Numbered from the stretch's first letter, positions 26,842 to 36,714 are shown. The stretch is DNA of 64,000 nucleotides from Candidatus Aldehydirespirator sp. (GCA_965220485.1 OZ244832.1:481943-545942), one strand, 5' to 3'. Notes: generated by a model from the sequence alone, not told the origin. Numbers and translations are program-made.

Positions 26842-29800
26842 GGTCTTCTCGCTATCTCGATGCGGCCCCCCTCACCGTAGAGCGCGCCGGCCAGTGCCCG
26901 CACGTCCTCACGGGTCAAGCGGGTCAGCTCCTGGAACAGGCGCGGCTGCGTGAGCACGTTCTCGTCGTCGACGTGGCGCCTGGAGAGCAGCGCGCTGAGA
27001 AGCTGGGGATTGGTCGACCTGGCGTAGTCGGTCGCCAAGATGGCGATGGCCTGCGCGTACTCCTCGGGCGTCAGCCCGTTGGCAGCCACATCGGCGACGA
27101 TGTCCAGCATCACGCCATAGATCTCGTCGTACCGGCTCGGATCGAGAGTGGCGTACACCACCGAGTCGACGAACTGGCTGGGGGCGTTGTTGACATCGAC
27201 CGCGGCCCCCGCGCCATAGGAGGCACCCAGCTCCTCGCGTATCACTAGGAAAAGGCGCTCGCTCAGCCCGGTTGTGAGCACATCGGCCGCCACCGTGCCT
27301 AGCGGGGTTACCGGCCGCTCGGCCTCGTAGTGGATCTCCAGCACCGCGCTCTCGCCCTCGTCGAGCTTCACCTGCCGCTGCACGAGCCCAGTGGGCATGG
27401 GCGGTCGGCGGTTGACGTAGGTGTCGGCCTCGCCTGCGGGAAGCGTGCCGATGTAGTGGCGGGCCAGACGCTCGATCACTGATGCGTCGGTGTCCCCGAC
27501 AACGGCCACCACTAGGTCGTCAACCGAGGCGAGACGGCTCTGGTACATGGAGAGCAGCCGCTGCGGGGTGAGCGACTCGACCTCCTCGCGGGTGGCGACG
27601 GCCCGGTGCCAGGTGTTGCCGTAGCGGGCCTCGAGGTAGGCCACGGCCGCCTGCCAGCGGGGGTCGCGCTCGGCCCGCTCCACCCTCGTCTCGGCTGTGT
27701 GGACGGCGTCCTCGTAGGCTTGGTCGTCCACCCGGGGTGCGGTCACCAGCAGGTTGATGAGCTGGAACATGGTCTCGGTGTCTTGGGTGCCGGCCTCTCC
27801 GACAAAGCCCTCGACCGTCTCGCCTATGAAGGCACTCATAGACACGGTGCGGCTCTCGAGGAAGCGGTTCAGCTCCGATCTCGACAGGTCGCCCAGGCCG
27901 CTGCCCTGCACCGCGTCCACGGCGATGGCCGACAGGGCCCGGTCGCCGGGCTCCAGCAGCGACCATCCCCCCAGGGATTGGGCTTGCAGGTGGACCACGC
28001 CCTCGGCGATGTCGGAGGGCGCGAACATGACTCGGGCCCCGTTGGCGAACTCCCACTCGTATCCGCCTTCGAGAAGGTCGAAAGATCCCTCCGAGACCGG
28101 GTCAGCGGGCTCCGGAACGTCCATCAGCTGCTCTATGACGACCTCTTCTGCGGGGGGTGATCCGGGAGCGGCCGCGGCCAGGGCGGCATCGAGTTCGGCG
28201 ACCGTCGGCACGCTGGATGGATCGGGGCCGACGGCGATGGCCACCAACCCGCCCCGCTCCATCTGCCATCGGTAGTGTTCGGTCAGCTCCTCGGGTGTGA
28301 GATCCGCCAGCAGTGCCATGGTCCGCGCCACCGACATCTCGACGGTGTCGATGTCAGCCCCGTAGAAGAAGTGCTGCTGGTAGAGATCAGCCCACTGATT
28401 GTCCTGGGTCGTTGGTGCGCGGTTGAGCTGGAGCTGTAGGAATGTCTCGATCTGGCCGACGGCCCGCTGCCGGTCGCCGGGGGTGAAGCCGTACTGCTGC
28501 GCGGTCAGGAGCACCGAGAGATAGTCGGTGGAGGCGGAATCGAGGTTGTCGCCCCGCCAGTTGGTTCCGTAGTACCTCAGCCCGCGGTTGTAAGTGAAGC
28601 TCGAGAAGTGCGGCGGGTCGACCTGGCCTAGCTCGCCCCGGTAGTAGGCGTCGGTGAGGCGGTTCTGGATCATCACCCCGATGAGAAGCTCCATCGTGCT
28701 GAGTCGATCCCCGCCGACGGTGCTGAGATCGTGGGGAGCGACGGGAATATCCAACGAGATGTAGGTGTAGCCCTGCCTCGGGTCGGTGACCACATGGGTC
28801 GAGGACCCGGCGGGCGTTATGTCCACGCGGGGAGGCTGGCGTCCCTCGCCGGACGGCAGCGGCCCGAAGTGCTCCTCCACCAGGGCCTCGAGATCCTCCA
28901 CGGACAGGTCGCCCACCGCCACCACCGCCATGTTGGACGGGACGTACCACTTCTCGTAGAAGGCTCGCAGCATCTCCGGTGTTATCGACTCCACCGTGTC
29001 GATGGTGCCGAGGGGGTCGCGCTCCGCATACGGGGTGCCCAGCGTGTAGACCCGGTCGAATTCGGAGTTGATGAAGCCGCTGACGGTCTCGTGCCTGAAA
29101 CGCATCTCGTCGAGGACGACGCCCCGCTCGGATTCGACCGCGTCGTCCTCGAAGGTGGCCGCGCCGGCCATCTGCGACAGGGCGTGGAACACCAGGGGCA
29201 CCTTGTGGGGCTCGTCGTCTCGCACTGCCACCTGATAGACGGTCTCGTCGTGGCCCACATGGGCGTTGATGTCGGGCCCCAGCTCGACGCCGGTCTCCCG
29301 CAGCGCCTCCCCCAAGGAGTTGCCGGGGTAGTCCGCGGTGCCGTTGAACATCATGTGCTCAATGAAGTGCCCGATGCCGGCCTCCTCGTCGGTCTCGTCG
29401 ACTGATCCCACGTTGACGAGCAGCCGCACTGCGAGGTTCTTGCCCGGATCGTCGTTGTGCCGCAGGTAGTAGGTGAGGCCGTTTTCCAGGGTCCCGATGC
29501 GAACGGCCGGGTCCACGGGTAGAGGGGTCGGGTCGATCTCGGGCTGGTAGGCGGGCTCCACGGGCGCGGGTAGATCCACCAGTCCGGCCGCTCGGGCCAG
29601 GAACGTGGCCATCTGTCCCCGGGTCACATGCTGCTGCGGGCAGTAGCGCGCCGGGTCGGCCTCGCAGCCTGCTGTGATCCTCGCCGCCGCGATCCGGTCG
29701 ATGTCGGCCGCGTGGGCGTGGTCGGCGGGCACGTCGGCGAACCCCGCGGCCTCGGCGGCCCGCAGGTCGAACGCCCTGGCCAGCAGCCCGGCCATCCCGG

Positions 29801-30248
29801 CTCGTTCGACGGTCCTGTCTCCGCAGAACTGCAGCGGCTCCGTGCTGCAGCCCGGGTCGATGCCCAATTCGGCCAGGCGCTCGGCGTGGGCGGCCCACCG
29901 CTTGCCGGCGTCCACATCGCCGTAGCGCGACGGGGTGGCCGCGGGCGGGTCGGCCCGGTCGATGACCCTTACCAGCCAGACAGCCATTTCCCAGCGCAGC
30001 AGCGGCTCGTGGGGACACAGTCCGTCGCCGTCGGTGCACCCGGTGCCGGCGAAGACGTCCACGTTCTCCAGAGCGGCCAGAGCGTCGACCGCAGGCTGGT
30101 GCACGCCCGCGTCGGCGGCCTCCACGCCCGCGTCGGCGGCTTGCACGGTCGTGCCGGAAGGGGCCGCCGCGGCGGGCGTGAGGGCGAGCACCGAGGCCAC
30201 CACGGCCAGAGCGGCCAGCAGAGCGACACGGCGACGGGTTGGGGTCAT
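26838..30248 (-). CDS. Secreted M16 (pitrilysin/insulinase) family zinc peptidase with N-terminal SLH-like repeats
   Basis: Signal peptide (LLAALAVVASVLALTPAAA), three SLH-like repeats (e.g. FADVPADHAHAADIDRIAAARITAGC...TRGQMATFLARA), and the inverted zinc motif HFIEHMMFNGT, in a double M16 module of 1136 aa. Confidence 0.9.
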   Translation of the reverse strand: MTPTRRRVALLAALAVVASVLALTPAAAAPSGTTVQAADAGVEAADAGVHQPAVDALAALENVDVFAGTGCTDGDGLCPHEPLLRWEMAVWLVRVIDRADPPAATPSRYGDVDAGKRWAAHAERLAELGIDPGCSTEPLQFCGDRTVERAGMAGLLARAFDLRAAEAAGFADVPADHAHAADIDRIAAARITAGCEADPARYCPQQHVTRGQMATFLARAAGLVDLPAPVEPAYQPEIDPTPLPVDPAVRIGTLENGLTYYLRHNDDPGKNLAVRLLVNVGSVDETDEEAGIGHFIEHMMFNGTADYPGNSLGEALRETGVELGPDINAHVGHDETVYQVAVRDDEPHKVPLVFHALSQMAGAATFEDDAVESERGVVLDEMRFRHETVSGFINSEFDRVYTLGTPYAERDPLGTIDTVESITPEMLRAFYEKWYVPSNMAVVAVGDLSVEDLEALVEEHFGPLPSGEGRQPPRVDITPAGSSTHVVTDPRQGYTYISLDIPVAPHDLSTVGGDRLSTMELLIGVMIQNRLTDAYYRGELGQVDPPHFSSFTYNRGLRYYGTNWRGDNLDSASTDYLSVLLTAQQYGFTPGDRQRAVGQIETFLQLQLNRAPTTQDNQWADLYQQHFFYGADIDTVEMSVARTMALLADLTPEELTEHYRWQMERGGLVAIAVGPDPSSVPTVAELDAALAAAAPGSPPAEEVVIEQLMDVPEPADPVSEGSFDLLEGGYEWEFANGARVMFAPSDIAEGVVHLQAQSLGGWSLLEPGDRALSAIAVDAVQGSGLGDLSRSELNRFLESRTVSMSAFIGETVEGFVGEAGTQDTETMFQLINLLVTAPRVDDQAYEDAVHTAETRVERAERDPRWQAAVAYLEARYGNTWHRAVATREEVESLTPQRLLSMYQSRLASVDDLVVAVVGDTDASVIERLARHYIGTLPAGEADTYVNRRPPMPTGLVQRQVKLDEGESAVLEIHYEAERPVTPLGTVAADVLTTGLSERLFLVIREELGASYGAGAAVDVNNAPSQFVDSVVYATLDPSRYDEIYGVMLDIVADVAANGLTPEEYAQAIAILATDYARSTNPQLLSALLSRRHVDDENVLTQPRLFQELTRLTREDVRALAGALYGEGGRIEIARRP

Positions 30249-30331
30249 GGCTGAGTCCTGACGATCATCGGATTTCTGGCGCAGCGCCTCGGAGGAGCGA
30301 CACGGCGACGGGTTGGGGTCATGGCTGAGTC
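30221..30331. repeat. 37-bp perfect direct duplication (30221-30257 and 30295-30331) of the peptidase translation start region
   Basis: GAGCGACACGGCGACGGGTTGGGGTCATGGCTGAGTC occurs twice, 74 bp apart. Confidence 0.95.
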
Positions 30332-30492
30332 TCCTGTGTTGTTGGGGGGAGGGGGTCGGGTGAGGCTGCGGCCGGCCGCATCGGTTGGTCCACCGGGGCG
30401 GGGCGCAACAGCATCGAGGGGGGCTGTGACAGATCGAGGGGGTCTCCGGGGCTCAACCTCAGTTCTCGGGGCTCCATGGGTGCCACTAAGCG

Positions 30493-31539
30493 TCAGGCGG
30501 GGGGCTCGCTCTGGGCCGCCTCCAGCGGAGCGTATCCGGGCTTGATCACGCCCTCGATGATCTGCAGCCGCTCCCGGAACGGCAGGAAGCTCGACTTCAT
30601 CGCATTGACCGTCAGCCATCTGAGGCGGACCCAGTCGTAGCCGAACGCATCGGCGAGGGCTGCCATCTCCGAGGTCATCGAAACGTTCGACATCAGCCGG
30701 TTGTCAGTGTTGACGGTCACCCGGAACCGCAGCGCGACCAGCGTGTCTATCGGGTGCTCCGCGACGGAGGGCACGACGCCGGTGTTGACATTGGACGTGG
30801 GGCACACCTCCAGCGGGACGCGACGGTCCCTGATGTAGTGGGCCAGCCGGCCCAGGGTGCGGTCCCCGTCGGCGGCAGTGACGATGTCCTCGACGATGCG
30901 TATGCCGTGCCCGAGGCGCTCGGCGCCGCAGAACTGCAATGCCTTCCAGATGGAGCGGGGTCCGTAGGCCTCGCCCGCGTGGATCGTGATGTGGAAGTTC
31001 TCGCGATGGCAGTATTGGAAGGCGGCCAGGTGGTCGTCGGGCGGGTAGCCGTCCTCGGGTCCGGCGATGTCGAAGGCCACCACGCCCCGGTCTCTCCAGC
31101 GAACCGCGGCCTCGGCCACCTCGACCGACCGGTGCAGATGGCGCATGGCGGTGCAGATGGCTCGGATGGTCAGGCCGGTTCCGGCGGTGCCCTGGGTGAA
31201 TCCCTCCAGGACCGCCTCGATGGCGTCGTCGAGCGTGAGGCCCCGCTCGACGTGCAGTTCGGGGGCGAACCTGACCTCGGCGTACACGACCCCGTCGGCG
31301 GCGAGATCCACTGCACACTCGCGTGCCGCCCGGACGATGGCCTCGGAGGTCTGCATCACCCCGACGGTGTGGGCGAACGTCTCCAGGTACAGAGTCAGAT
31401 CCTTGCGGTTGGCGCCGCGCCGCATCCAGGCGGCTAGCCCGGTCGGATCGGTGGTGGGCAGGTCTGCGTAGCCCGTCTCGTCGGCCAGCTCGATGATGGT
31501 CTCCGGGCGCAGCCCGCCGTCGAGGTGGTCGTGGAGCAC
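30493..31539 (-). CDS. add: Adenosine deaminase
   Basis: LHDHLDGG metal motif, HAGE, and the NTDNRLMS C-terminal motif. GTG start. Confidence 0.9.
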   Translation of the reverse strand: MLHDHLDGGLRPETIIELADETGYADLPTTDPTGLAAWMRRGANRKDLTLYLETFAHTVGVMQTSEAIVRAARECAVDLAADGVVYAEVRFAPELHVERGLTLDDAIEAVLEGFTQGTAGTGLTIRAICTAMRHLHRSVEVAEAAVRWRDRGVVAFDIAGPEDGYPPDDHLAAFQYCHRENFHITIHAGEAYGPRSIWKALQFCGAERLGHGIRIVEDIVTAADGDRTLGRLAHYIRDRRVPLEVCPTSNVNTGVVPSVAEHPIDTLVALRFRVTVNTDNRLMSNVSMTSEMAALADAFGYDWVRLRWLTVNAMKSSFLPFRERLQIIEGVIKPGYAPLEAAQSEPPA

Positions 31540-31609
31540 GACCTTGGGGGCACGGCGGATGCGTTGGGGGGTGGGAGGTCCAACCTCGACAGCGTTTACG
31601 GGATTCAGG

Positions 31610-32854
31610 ATGCCTCAGGGTAGCCTTGTGGCTCTGATGGCCCTTTCTGATCCGCTCGTCGATGTCCGCCCCCTGGGCTCCGACGATTCCGAACCGGTCC
31701 CCGCCGGGTCCGGCTCCTTCGCCGACCTCGGATTGTGCGACGAGTTCGTGGTGGCGCTGGCCGCTCGGGGAATCACCGCTCCGTTCCCCATCCAGACGCT
31801 CACCATTCCCGATGCACTGGCCGGCCGCGACGTGTGCGGCAAGGCCAAGACGGGCTCGGGCAAGACGCTCGCCTTCGGCCTGCCCGTGCTGCAGCGGCTG
31901 CCCCGGTCCAAGCCTGGCTCGCCCACCGGCCTGGTTCTCGCTCCCACCCGTGAGCTGGCCAACCAGATCTGCGACGAGCTGGCCGCGCCGGCCGCCGCGG
32001 TCCGTCGGCGGGTGCTCGCCACCTACGGCGGCGCTCCGATCGACAAGCAGATCGCCAGGCTGCGCGACGGCGTCGACTTGGTGGTGGCCACACCGGGCCG
32101 GATGATCGACCTGATCGACCGGGGCGCGGTGAGCCTGCGCGCCGTGCGCCACGTGGTGGTGGACGAGGCCGACCGGATGGCTGACATGGGCTTCCTGCCC
32201 CAGGTCGAGTGGGTCCTGCGCAACGTCGAGAGCGGGCATCAGACCCTGCTGTTCTCCGCCACCCTCGACGGTGCCGTCGACTCGCTGATCAGGCGCTACC
32301 AGAGCAACCCGTCGATGCACTCTGTGGCTCCCCGCGAGATCACCGTGGCCGAGATGGTCCATCACTTCGTGGGCGTCCACAAGCTCGACAAGGTCAAGGT
32401 GGCCGCGGCCATAGCCAACTCGGTGGGGCGCACGCTGATGTTCACCCGCACCAAGATTGCGGCCGACCGCTTGGCCCGCGACCTGCGCCGCGAGGGCGTG
32501 AAGGCCGCTCCGATACACGGCGACCTGCGCCAGGTGGCCCGGGAGAAGTCCCTGCGGCAGTTCATCGCCGGAGAGCTGCCGGTGCTGGTGGCGACCGATG
32601 TGGCCGCCCGCGGGATCCACGTCGACGATGTGGATGTGGTGGTGCAGTACGACCCGCCCTCGGATCACAAGACCTATGTGCACCGGGCCGGGCGCACGGC
32701 CCGGGCCGGCGAGTCCGGCGTGGTGGTGACCCTGTCGCTGTGGGACGAGGAGCTCGACGTGAAGAGGATCCAGCGGCGCCTCGAGCTCGACGAGCCGATC
32801 GTGGAGATGTTCTCCAACGACGCCCGCCTGCGGGATCTGGTTCACGGGATCTAG
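31610..32854 (+). CDS. DEAD-box ATP-dependent RNA helicase
   Basis: Q-motif FPIQ, AKTGSGKT, DEAD (VVDEADRM), SAT, and HRAGRTARAG. Confidence 0.9.
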   Translation: MPQGSLVALMALSDPLVDVRPLGSDDSEPVPAGSGSFADLGLCDEFVVALAARGITAPFPIQTLTIPDALAGRDVCGKAKTGSGKTLAFGLPVLQRLPRSKPGSPTGLVLAPTRELANQICDELAAPAAAVRRRVLATYGGAPIDKQIARLRDGVDLVVATPGRMIDLIDRGAVSLRAVRHVVVDEADRMADMGFLPQVEWVLRNVESGHQTLLFSATLDGAVDSLIRRYQSNPSMHSVAPREITVAEMVHHFVGVHKLDKVKVAAAIANSVGRTLMFTRTKIAADRLARDLRREGVKAAPIHGDLRQVAREKSLRQFIAGELPVLVATDVAARGIHVDDVDVVVQYDPPSDHKTYVHRAGRTARAGESGVVVTLSLWDEELDVKRIQRRLELDEPIVEMFSNDARLRDLVHGI

Positions 32855-32988
32855 AGGTCGAGCGGATGGGCCGCGTCTGATGAGGACTTCGTGAGGCGCT
32901 GAGCGAGGCCGTGGCCCGAGCGGCCCGTGAGTGCAGCGAACAAGAGCGGGAAACGCGTCGCTGACGCGAGCTGACGGCCGCCGCGCTG
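32852..32988 (+). repeat. ~140-bp intergenic repeat family, copy 5
   Basis: Starts at the helicase TAG (TAGAGGTCGAGCGGATGGGCCGC). The core is conserved. Confidence 0.8.
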
Positions 32989-33077
32989 GCCGGGCGGGCG
33001 GATCTGCGCAGATCTCACCGTTGGCTGGGCGGAGCGCGCTTTGTGCTCTGCTGGCCTAGACTGGTCGGCGACCCCTA

Positions 33078-33180
33078 CGGGTCACATCATCACGAGCGGT
33101 TCGGCCTCCGGGTCGGGCCCGGCAACCTGGGACGGACACCCAAGGTGCCATCCCGCCTCCGGGCGGGGATGCGGCGTTGG
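33078..33180 (+). promoter_or_regulatory. Candidate SAM riboswitch (SAM-I/SAM-IV-like core) in the metX leader
   Basis: AUCACGAG...GGCCCGGCAACC...CCAAGGUGCCAUCC resembles the SAM-binding core consensus (AUCAAGAG, GGCAACC, GGUGCC), followed by the hairpin CAUCCCGCC-UCCG-GGCGGGGAUG. It lies upstream of methionine biosynthesis genes. I could not draw P1 convincingly. Confidence 0.5.
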
Positions 33181-33308
33181 CCCAGCCGGCGCAACCAAGT
33201 GTCCTGCGGGGAACCCCCGGAGCCACTGGCCCTTGAGTATCCGGTCCCGGCACCGGCCGTCGCTCCGGGCGGAGTGACGGCGCCGAGCACCTACAACGAG
33301 GAGCAAGG

Positions 33309-34595
33309 TTGAGCGCGGGTTCCCACATCGAGCCTCCGACTCCCGCGGTCGGGCGTGCCGGCAGCCACAGCCCCATCGGGTGCAGGTCGTCCTCATCTCC
33401 GACTGCCGCGGGCGGGCGAGCCGGCCCCGGAGGGCGCTTCCCGGCCGGGCTGCCCGTTACGGGTGCCTGGCAGCCTGGCGATCCTGTCGGCGACCGCCAG
33501 TTCGTGACCGTCACCGACGGGCGACCCTTCGCGCTGGAGTGGGGCGGCCGCCTGACCGAGGTCCGGCTCGCCTACGAGACGTGGGGCCGGCTCGACTCGC
33601 AGGCCTCCAACGCGGTGCTGGTGTGCCACGCGCTCACCGGGGACTCGCACGCGGCCGGCGAGAGCGGCCCGTCGCACCCCACCGCGGGCTGGTGGGCCGA
33701 GATGATCGGTCCCGGCAAGGCAATTGACACCGACCGCTACTTCGTGGTGTGCAGCAATGTCCTGGGTGGCTGCCAGGGCACGACCGGCCCCGCGGACGTC
33801 GACCCGGCGGTCGGCCGCCGCTACGGCCCGCGCTTCCCGGTGGTGACGATCCGCGACATGGTGCGGGCCCAGGCGCTGCTGGCCGACCATCTGGGCGTCC
33901 GTTCGTGGCTTGGAGTGGTCGGCGGTTCGATGGGGGGCATGCAGGTGCTGGAGTGGGCGGCCATGTACCCGCGGCGGGTGCGGTCGATCCTGCCGCTGGC
34001 CACCTGCGCCGCGGCCAGCGCTCTGCAGCTCGCATGGAGCGCGGTGGAGCGCCTCGCTATCGCCACCGACCCCGGCTGGTACGACGGCGACTACTACGAC
34101 AAGCCCGAGGGCCCCTGGATGGGCCTGGCGGTGGCGCGCCAGATCGCCCAGGTGACCTACCGGTCCGGCGAGTCCTTCGAGCGCCGCTTCGGGCGGCGGA
34201 TGTACGACCCGGCCGAGGCCTTCGATCTGTGGGGCCGTTTCCAGATGGAGTCGTATCTGGACCATCACGGCCAGAAGCTGGTGCGGCGCTTCGACGCCAA
34301 CACCTACGTGGTGCTCAACCGGTCGATGGACTTGCACGACATCGGCCGGGGACGGGGCGGCACGTCCGCCGCGCTGGGCCGCATCAGGGTGCCGGTGCTC
34401 ACCGCGTCGGTCACCAGCGACCGCCTGTATCCGCCCCACGAGCAGCACGAGCTGACCGACGGGATCCTGGCGGGCGGTGGAGACTGCCGCCACGTGATCC
34501 TCGACAGCGGCGAGGGCCACGATGGGTTCCTGATCGAGCACGAGCTGCTGCACGATCCCGTGAGCAGCTTCCTGGAGGAGGTCCACAATGCCTGA
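33309..34595 (+). CDS. metX: Homoserine O-acetyltransferase
   Basis: AVLVCHALTGDSHAAG, VVGGSMGGMQ nucleophile elbow, and the GHDGFL C-terminal motif. TTG start after GAGGAG; the exact start is uncertain. Confidence 0.9.
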   Translation: MSAGSHIEPPTPAVGRAGSHSPIGCRSSSSPTAAGGRAGPGGRFPAGLPVTGAWQPGDPVGDRQFVTVTDGRPFALEWGGRLTEVRLAYETWGRLDSQASNAVLVCHALTGDSHAAGESGPSHPTAGWWAEMIGPGKAIDTDRYFVVCSNVLGGCQGTTGPADVDPAVGRRYGPRFPVVTIRDMVRAQALLADHLGVRSWLGVVGGSMGGMQVLEWAAMYPRRVRSILPLATCAAASALQLAWSAVERLAIATDPGWYDGDYYDKPEGPWMGLAVARQIAQVTYRSGESFERRFGRRMYDPAEAFDLWGRFQMESYLDHHGQKLVRRFDANTYVVLNRSMDLHDIGRGRGGTSAALGRIRVPVLTASVTSDRLYPPHEQHELTDGILAGGGDCRHVILDSGEGHDGFLIEHELLHDPVSSFLEEVHNA

Positions 34596-35937
34596 CGCTG
34601 CCGGCGCAGGGCACGCCGCCGATCCAGCGTCCGCCGATCTGGCCTCCGCCGATCCGGGCGCCGAGGATCTGGCCTCCGCCGATCCGGGCTTTGGGGATCC
34701 GGGCTTTGGGCATCCGGGCTCCGGGGAACCGGCCTCCGAGGCGGACGTGCCCTCCACGGGCAGGCTGCACGCCCACACCCGGGCGATCCGAGCCGGGCGG
34801 GACGACAACCAGAACGCGCTGGCCCCGATCCTGTGGGCCACGTCCACGTTCACCGCGGCCAGCGTCTCGGAGGCCCGCGACCTGGCGGTGGACACCCACT
34901 CGACGCGTTTCTACACCCGCTACGGCAACCCGACCGTGAAGGCGTTCGAGGACGCGGTGGCCGACCTTGAGGGCACCGAGTCGGCCCGGGCGTTCGCCTC
35001 GGGCATGGGCGCGCTGAGCGCCATCGTGCTGGGGCTGTGCTCCAGCGGTGATCATATCGTCGCCCAGCGCCAACTCTATGGCGGCACGCAACTGCTGCTG
35101 CAGACGGCGTGTCCCCGCTTTGGCATCGGCGTGAGCTTCGTGGACGGCACCGAGCCGGACGCCTTCGCCGATGCCGTCATTCCGGGGCGCACGATGCTGG
35201 TGATCGCGGAGTCGCCCGCCAACCCGAAGCTGGCCGTGGTCGACCTGGCCGAGCTGGGGGCGATAGCGGGGCCGATGACCGTGGTGGACTCGACGTTCGC
35301 CACGCCGCTGGCGCAGAGGCCCGCCGAGTACGGGGTCGATCTGGTGGTGCATTCGGCCACCAAGGCCATCGCCGGCCACAACGACGCAACCATCGGAGTG
35401 GTGGCCGGAAGCGAGGAGCTGCTGGCGTGGCTCTGGAACTACGCCGTGCTCCACGGCGCGGCGGCCTCCCCGTTCGACGCCTTGAACGCCCTGAGGGGCA
35501 TCCGGACGCTGGCGGTGCGCCTGCGCCAGCAGACCGACACCGCCACCGCGCTGGCCGGGGCGCTGGAGGGCCATCCGGCGGTGGAGTCGGTCCACTATCC
35601 GGGTCTGGAGTCTCATCCCCAGCACGAGCTGGCGGCCAAGCAGATGGAGCTGGCCGGCGGTCTCGTCACCTTCGACCTGAGAGGCGGGTACGAGGCTGGT
35701 GAAGCCTTCATGGAGGAGGTTCGGGTGGTGCGGTTGGCCACCTCGCTGGGCGGACCGGAGAGCATCGTCACCCATCCGGCGTCCACCACCCATGTGAGCT
35801 TGCTCCCGCAGGAGCTCGAGGCGTTGTGCATCGGCGCGGGCACGGTCCGGTTCTCGGCCGGGCTGGAGCACACCGACGATGTGATCGCCGACGTGATCGC
35901 TGCGCTGGACCGGTTGGACGGGATCGTTGCTTCTTAG
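34588..35937 (+). CDS. Cys/Met-metabolism PLP-dependent enzyme (O-acyl-homoserine sulfhydrylase / cystathionine gamma-synthase family)
   Basis: YTRYGNPT, SGMGA, and the VVHSATKAIAGHND PLP-lysine motif. It overlaps the metX 3' end and has a repetitive acidic N-terminal extension. Confidence 0.85.
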   Translation: MPDAAGAGHAADPASADLASADPGAEDLASADPGFGDPGFGHPGSGEPASEADVPSTGRLHAHTRAIRAGRDDNQNALAPILWATSTFTAASVSEARDLAVDTHSTRFYTRYGNPTVKAFEDAVADLEGTESARAFASGMGALSAIVLGLCSSGDHIVAQRQLYGGTQLLLQTACPRFGIGVSFVDGTEPDAFADAVIPGRTMLVIAESPANPKLAVVDLAELGAIAGPMTVVDSTFATPLAQRPAEYGVDLVVHSATKAIAGHNDATIGVVAGSEELLAWLWNYAVLHGAAASPFDALNALRGIRTLAVRLRQQTDTATALAGALEGHPAVESVHYPGLESHPQHELAAKQMELAGGLVTFDLRGGYEAGEAFMEEVRVVRLATSLGGPESIVTHPASTTHVSLLPQELEALCIGAGTVRFSAGLEHTDDVIADVIAALDRLDGIVAS

Positions 35938-35939
35938 AG

Positions 35940-36083
35940 CGAGCGCAAACCAGTTGCGAGCGCCTCGCGGCACGGCGTTGCCTCTCCCGCTCTTGTTCGC
36001 TGCGCTCACGGGCCGCTCGGGCCACGGCCTCGCTCCGCACCTTTCGGAGTAGCCAGGTGATTCGTGCCTATTCGCTCGGCCTC
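35940..36083 (-). repeat. ~140-bp intergenic repeat family, copy 6 (inverted)
   Basis: Core CCCGCTCTTGTTCGCTGCGCTCACGGGCCGCTCGGGCCACGGCCTCGCT and end CCTATTCGCTCGGCCTCT. Confidence 0.8.
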
Positions 36084-36107
36084 TTCGGCCCGGTAGCGTC
36101 GGGAGTC

Positions 36108-36713
36108 GTGCGTTTGGGTAGAGGTTGGATGGCAGCACTGCTGCTGGCGGTGGCGGTGTGCCTGTCGGCTGCCGCACCGGCTTCGGCTGCCGGCGACCGC
36201 GACAACACGGCGGTCAGTGCTGCCCAGTCCGACACTCTGAGGGTGGTGGACTCCGCCCAGTCGGAATTGGACGCCGATGCGGATTCCGGCTCGGATCGGC
36301 GCCTGGTCGACCGCGCCAGCAGCGAGCGGATCGATGCGGTGGTGATCGCCCTGTGGGCGATCGCGGCGGTGATGACGGTGCTGATGGGGGTCTTCCTGTG
36401 GCACACCAGCCCCCGCCGGCGCCTGAGGCTGGCCGGCGACGGATCGGCCCGGCTGTCTGGAGAAGCCGAGGTTGACCCGGAGCCTGCCGGCGGCGAGTCT
36501 CGGGAGGCGAGGGGGGACCCTGGGTCTGCCGAAGGACGAGGCTTGACGATTCTGGGGAGGACGCTGAGTCTGCCGAGGATGAGTCTGGGGAGTTGGTGGA
36601 GGTCTGTGAGCCTGCCGGGTGGCGAGGCTCAGCAGAAGCCCGGCAGGGAGTCCGAGGTCGAGTCGCAGGGGCCAGGGTCGAGTGAAGAGGACGGCGGGGA
36701 GCGTTCGGTCTAG
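36108..36713 (+). CDS. Hypothetical secreted/membrane-anchored protein
   Basis: Signal-like N-terminus (MAALLLAVAVCLSAAAPASA) and an internal TM segment (AVVIALWAIAAVMTVLMGVFLW). Start is GTG 36108 or ATG 36129. Confidence 0.5.
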   Translation: MRLGRGWMAALLLAVAVCLSAAAPASAAGDRDNTAVSAAQSDTLRVVDSAQSELDADADSGSDRRLVDRASSERIDAVVIALWAIAAVMTVLMGVFLWHTSPRRRLRLAGDGSARLSGEAEVDPEPAGGESREARGDPGSAEGRGLTILGRTLSLPRMSLGSWWRSVSLPGGEAQQKPGRESEVESQGPGSSEEDGGERSV

Positions 36714-36714
36714 A

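Noticed and set aside
34588-34760. Repetitive acidic N-terminal extension of the trans-sulfuration enzyme (ADPASADLASADPGAEDLASADPGFGDPGFG) as a separate feature or signal peptide
   Set aside because: It is not hydrophobic and has no cleavage-site pattern. It most likely reflects either a too-early start choice or another in-frame mini-satellite, which is already covered under the coding-repeat theme.
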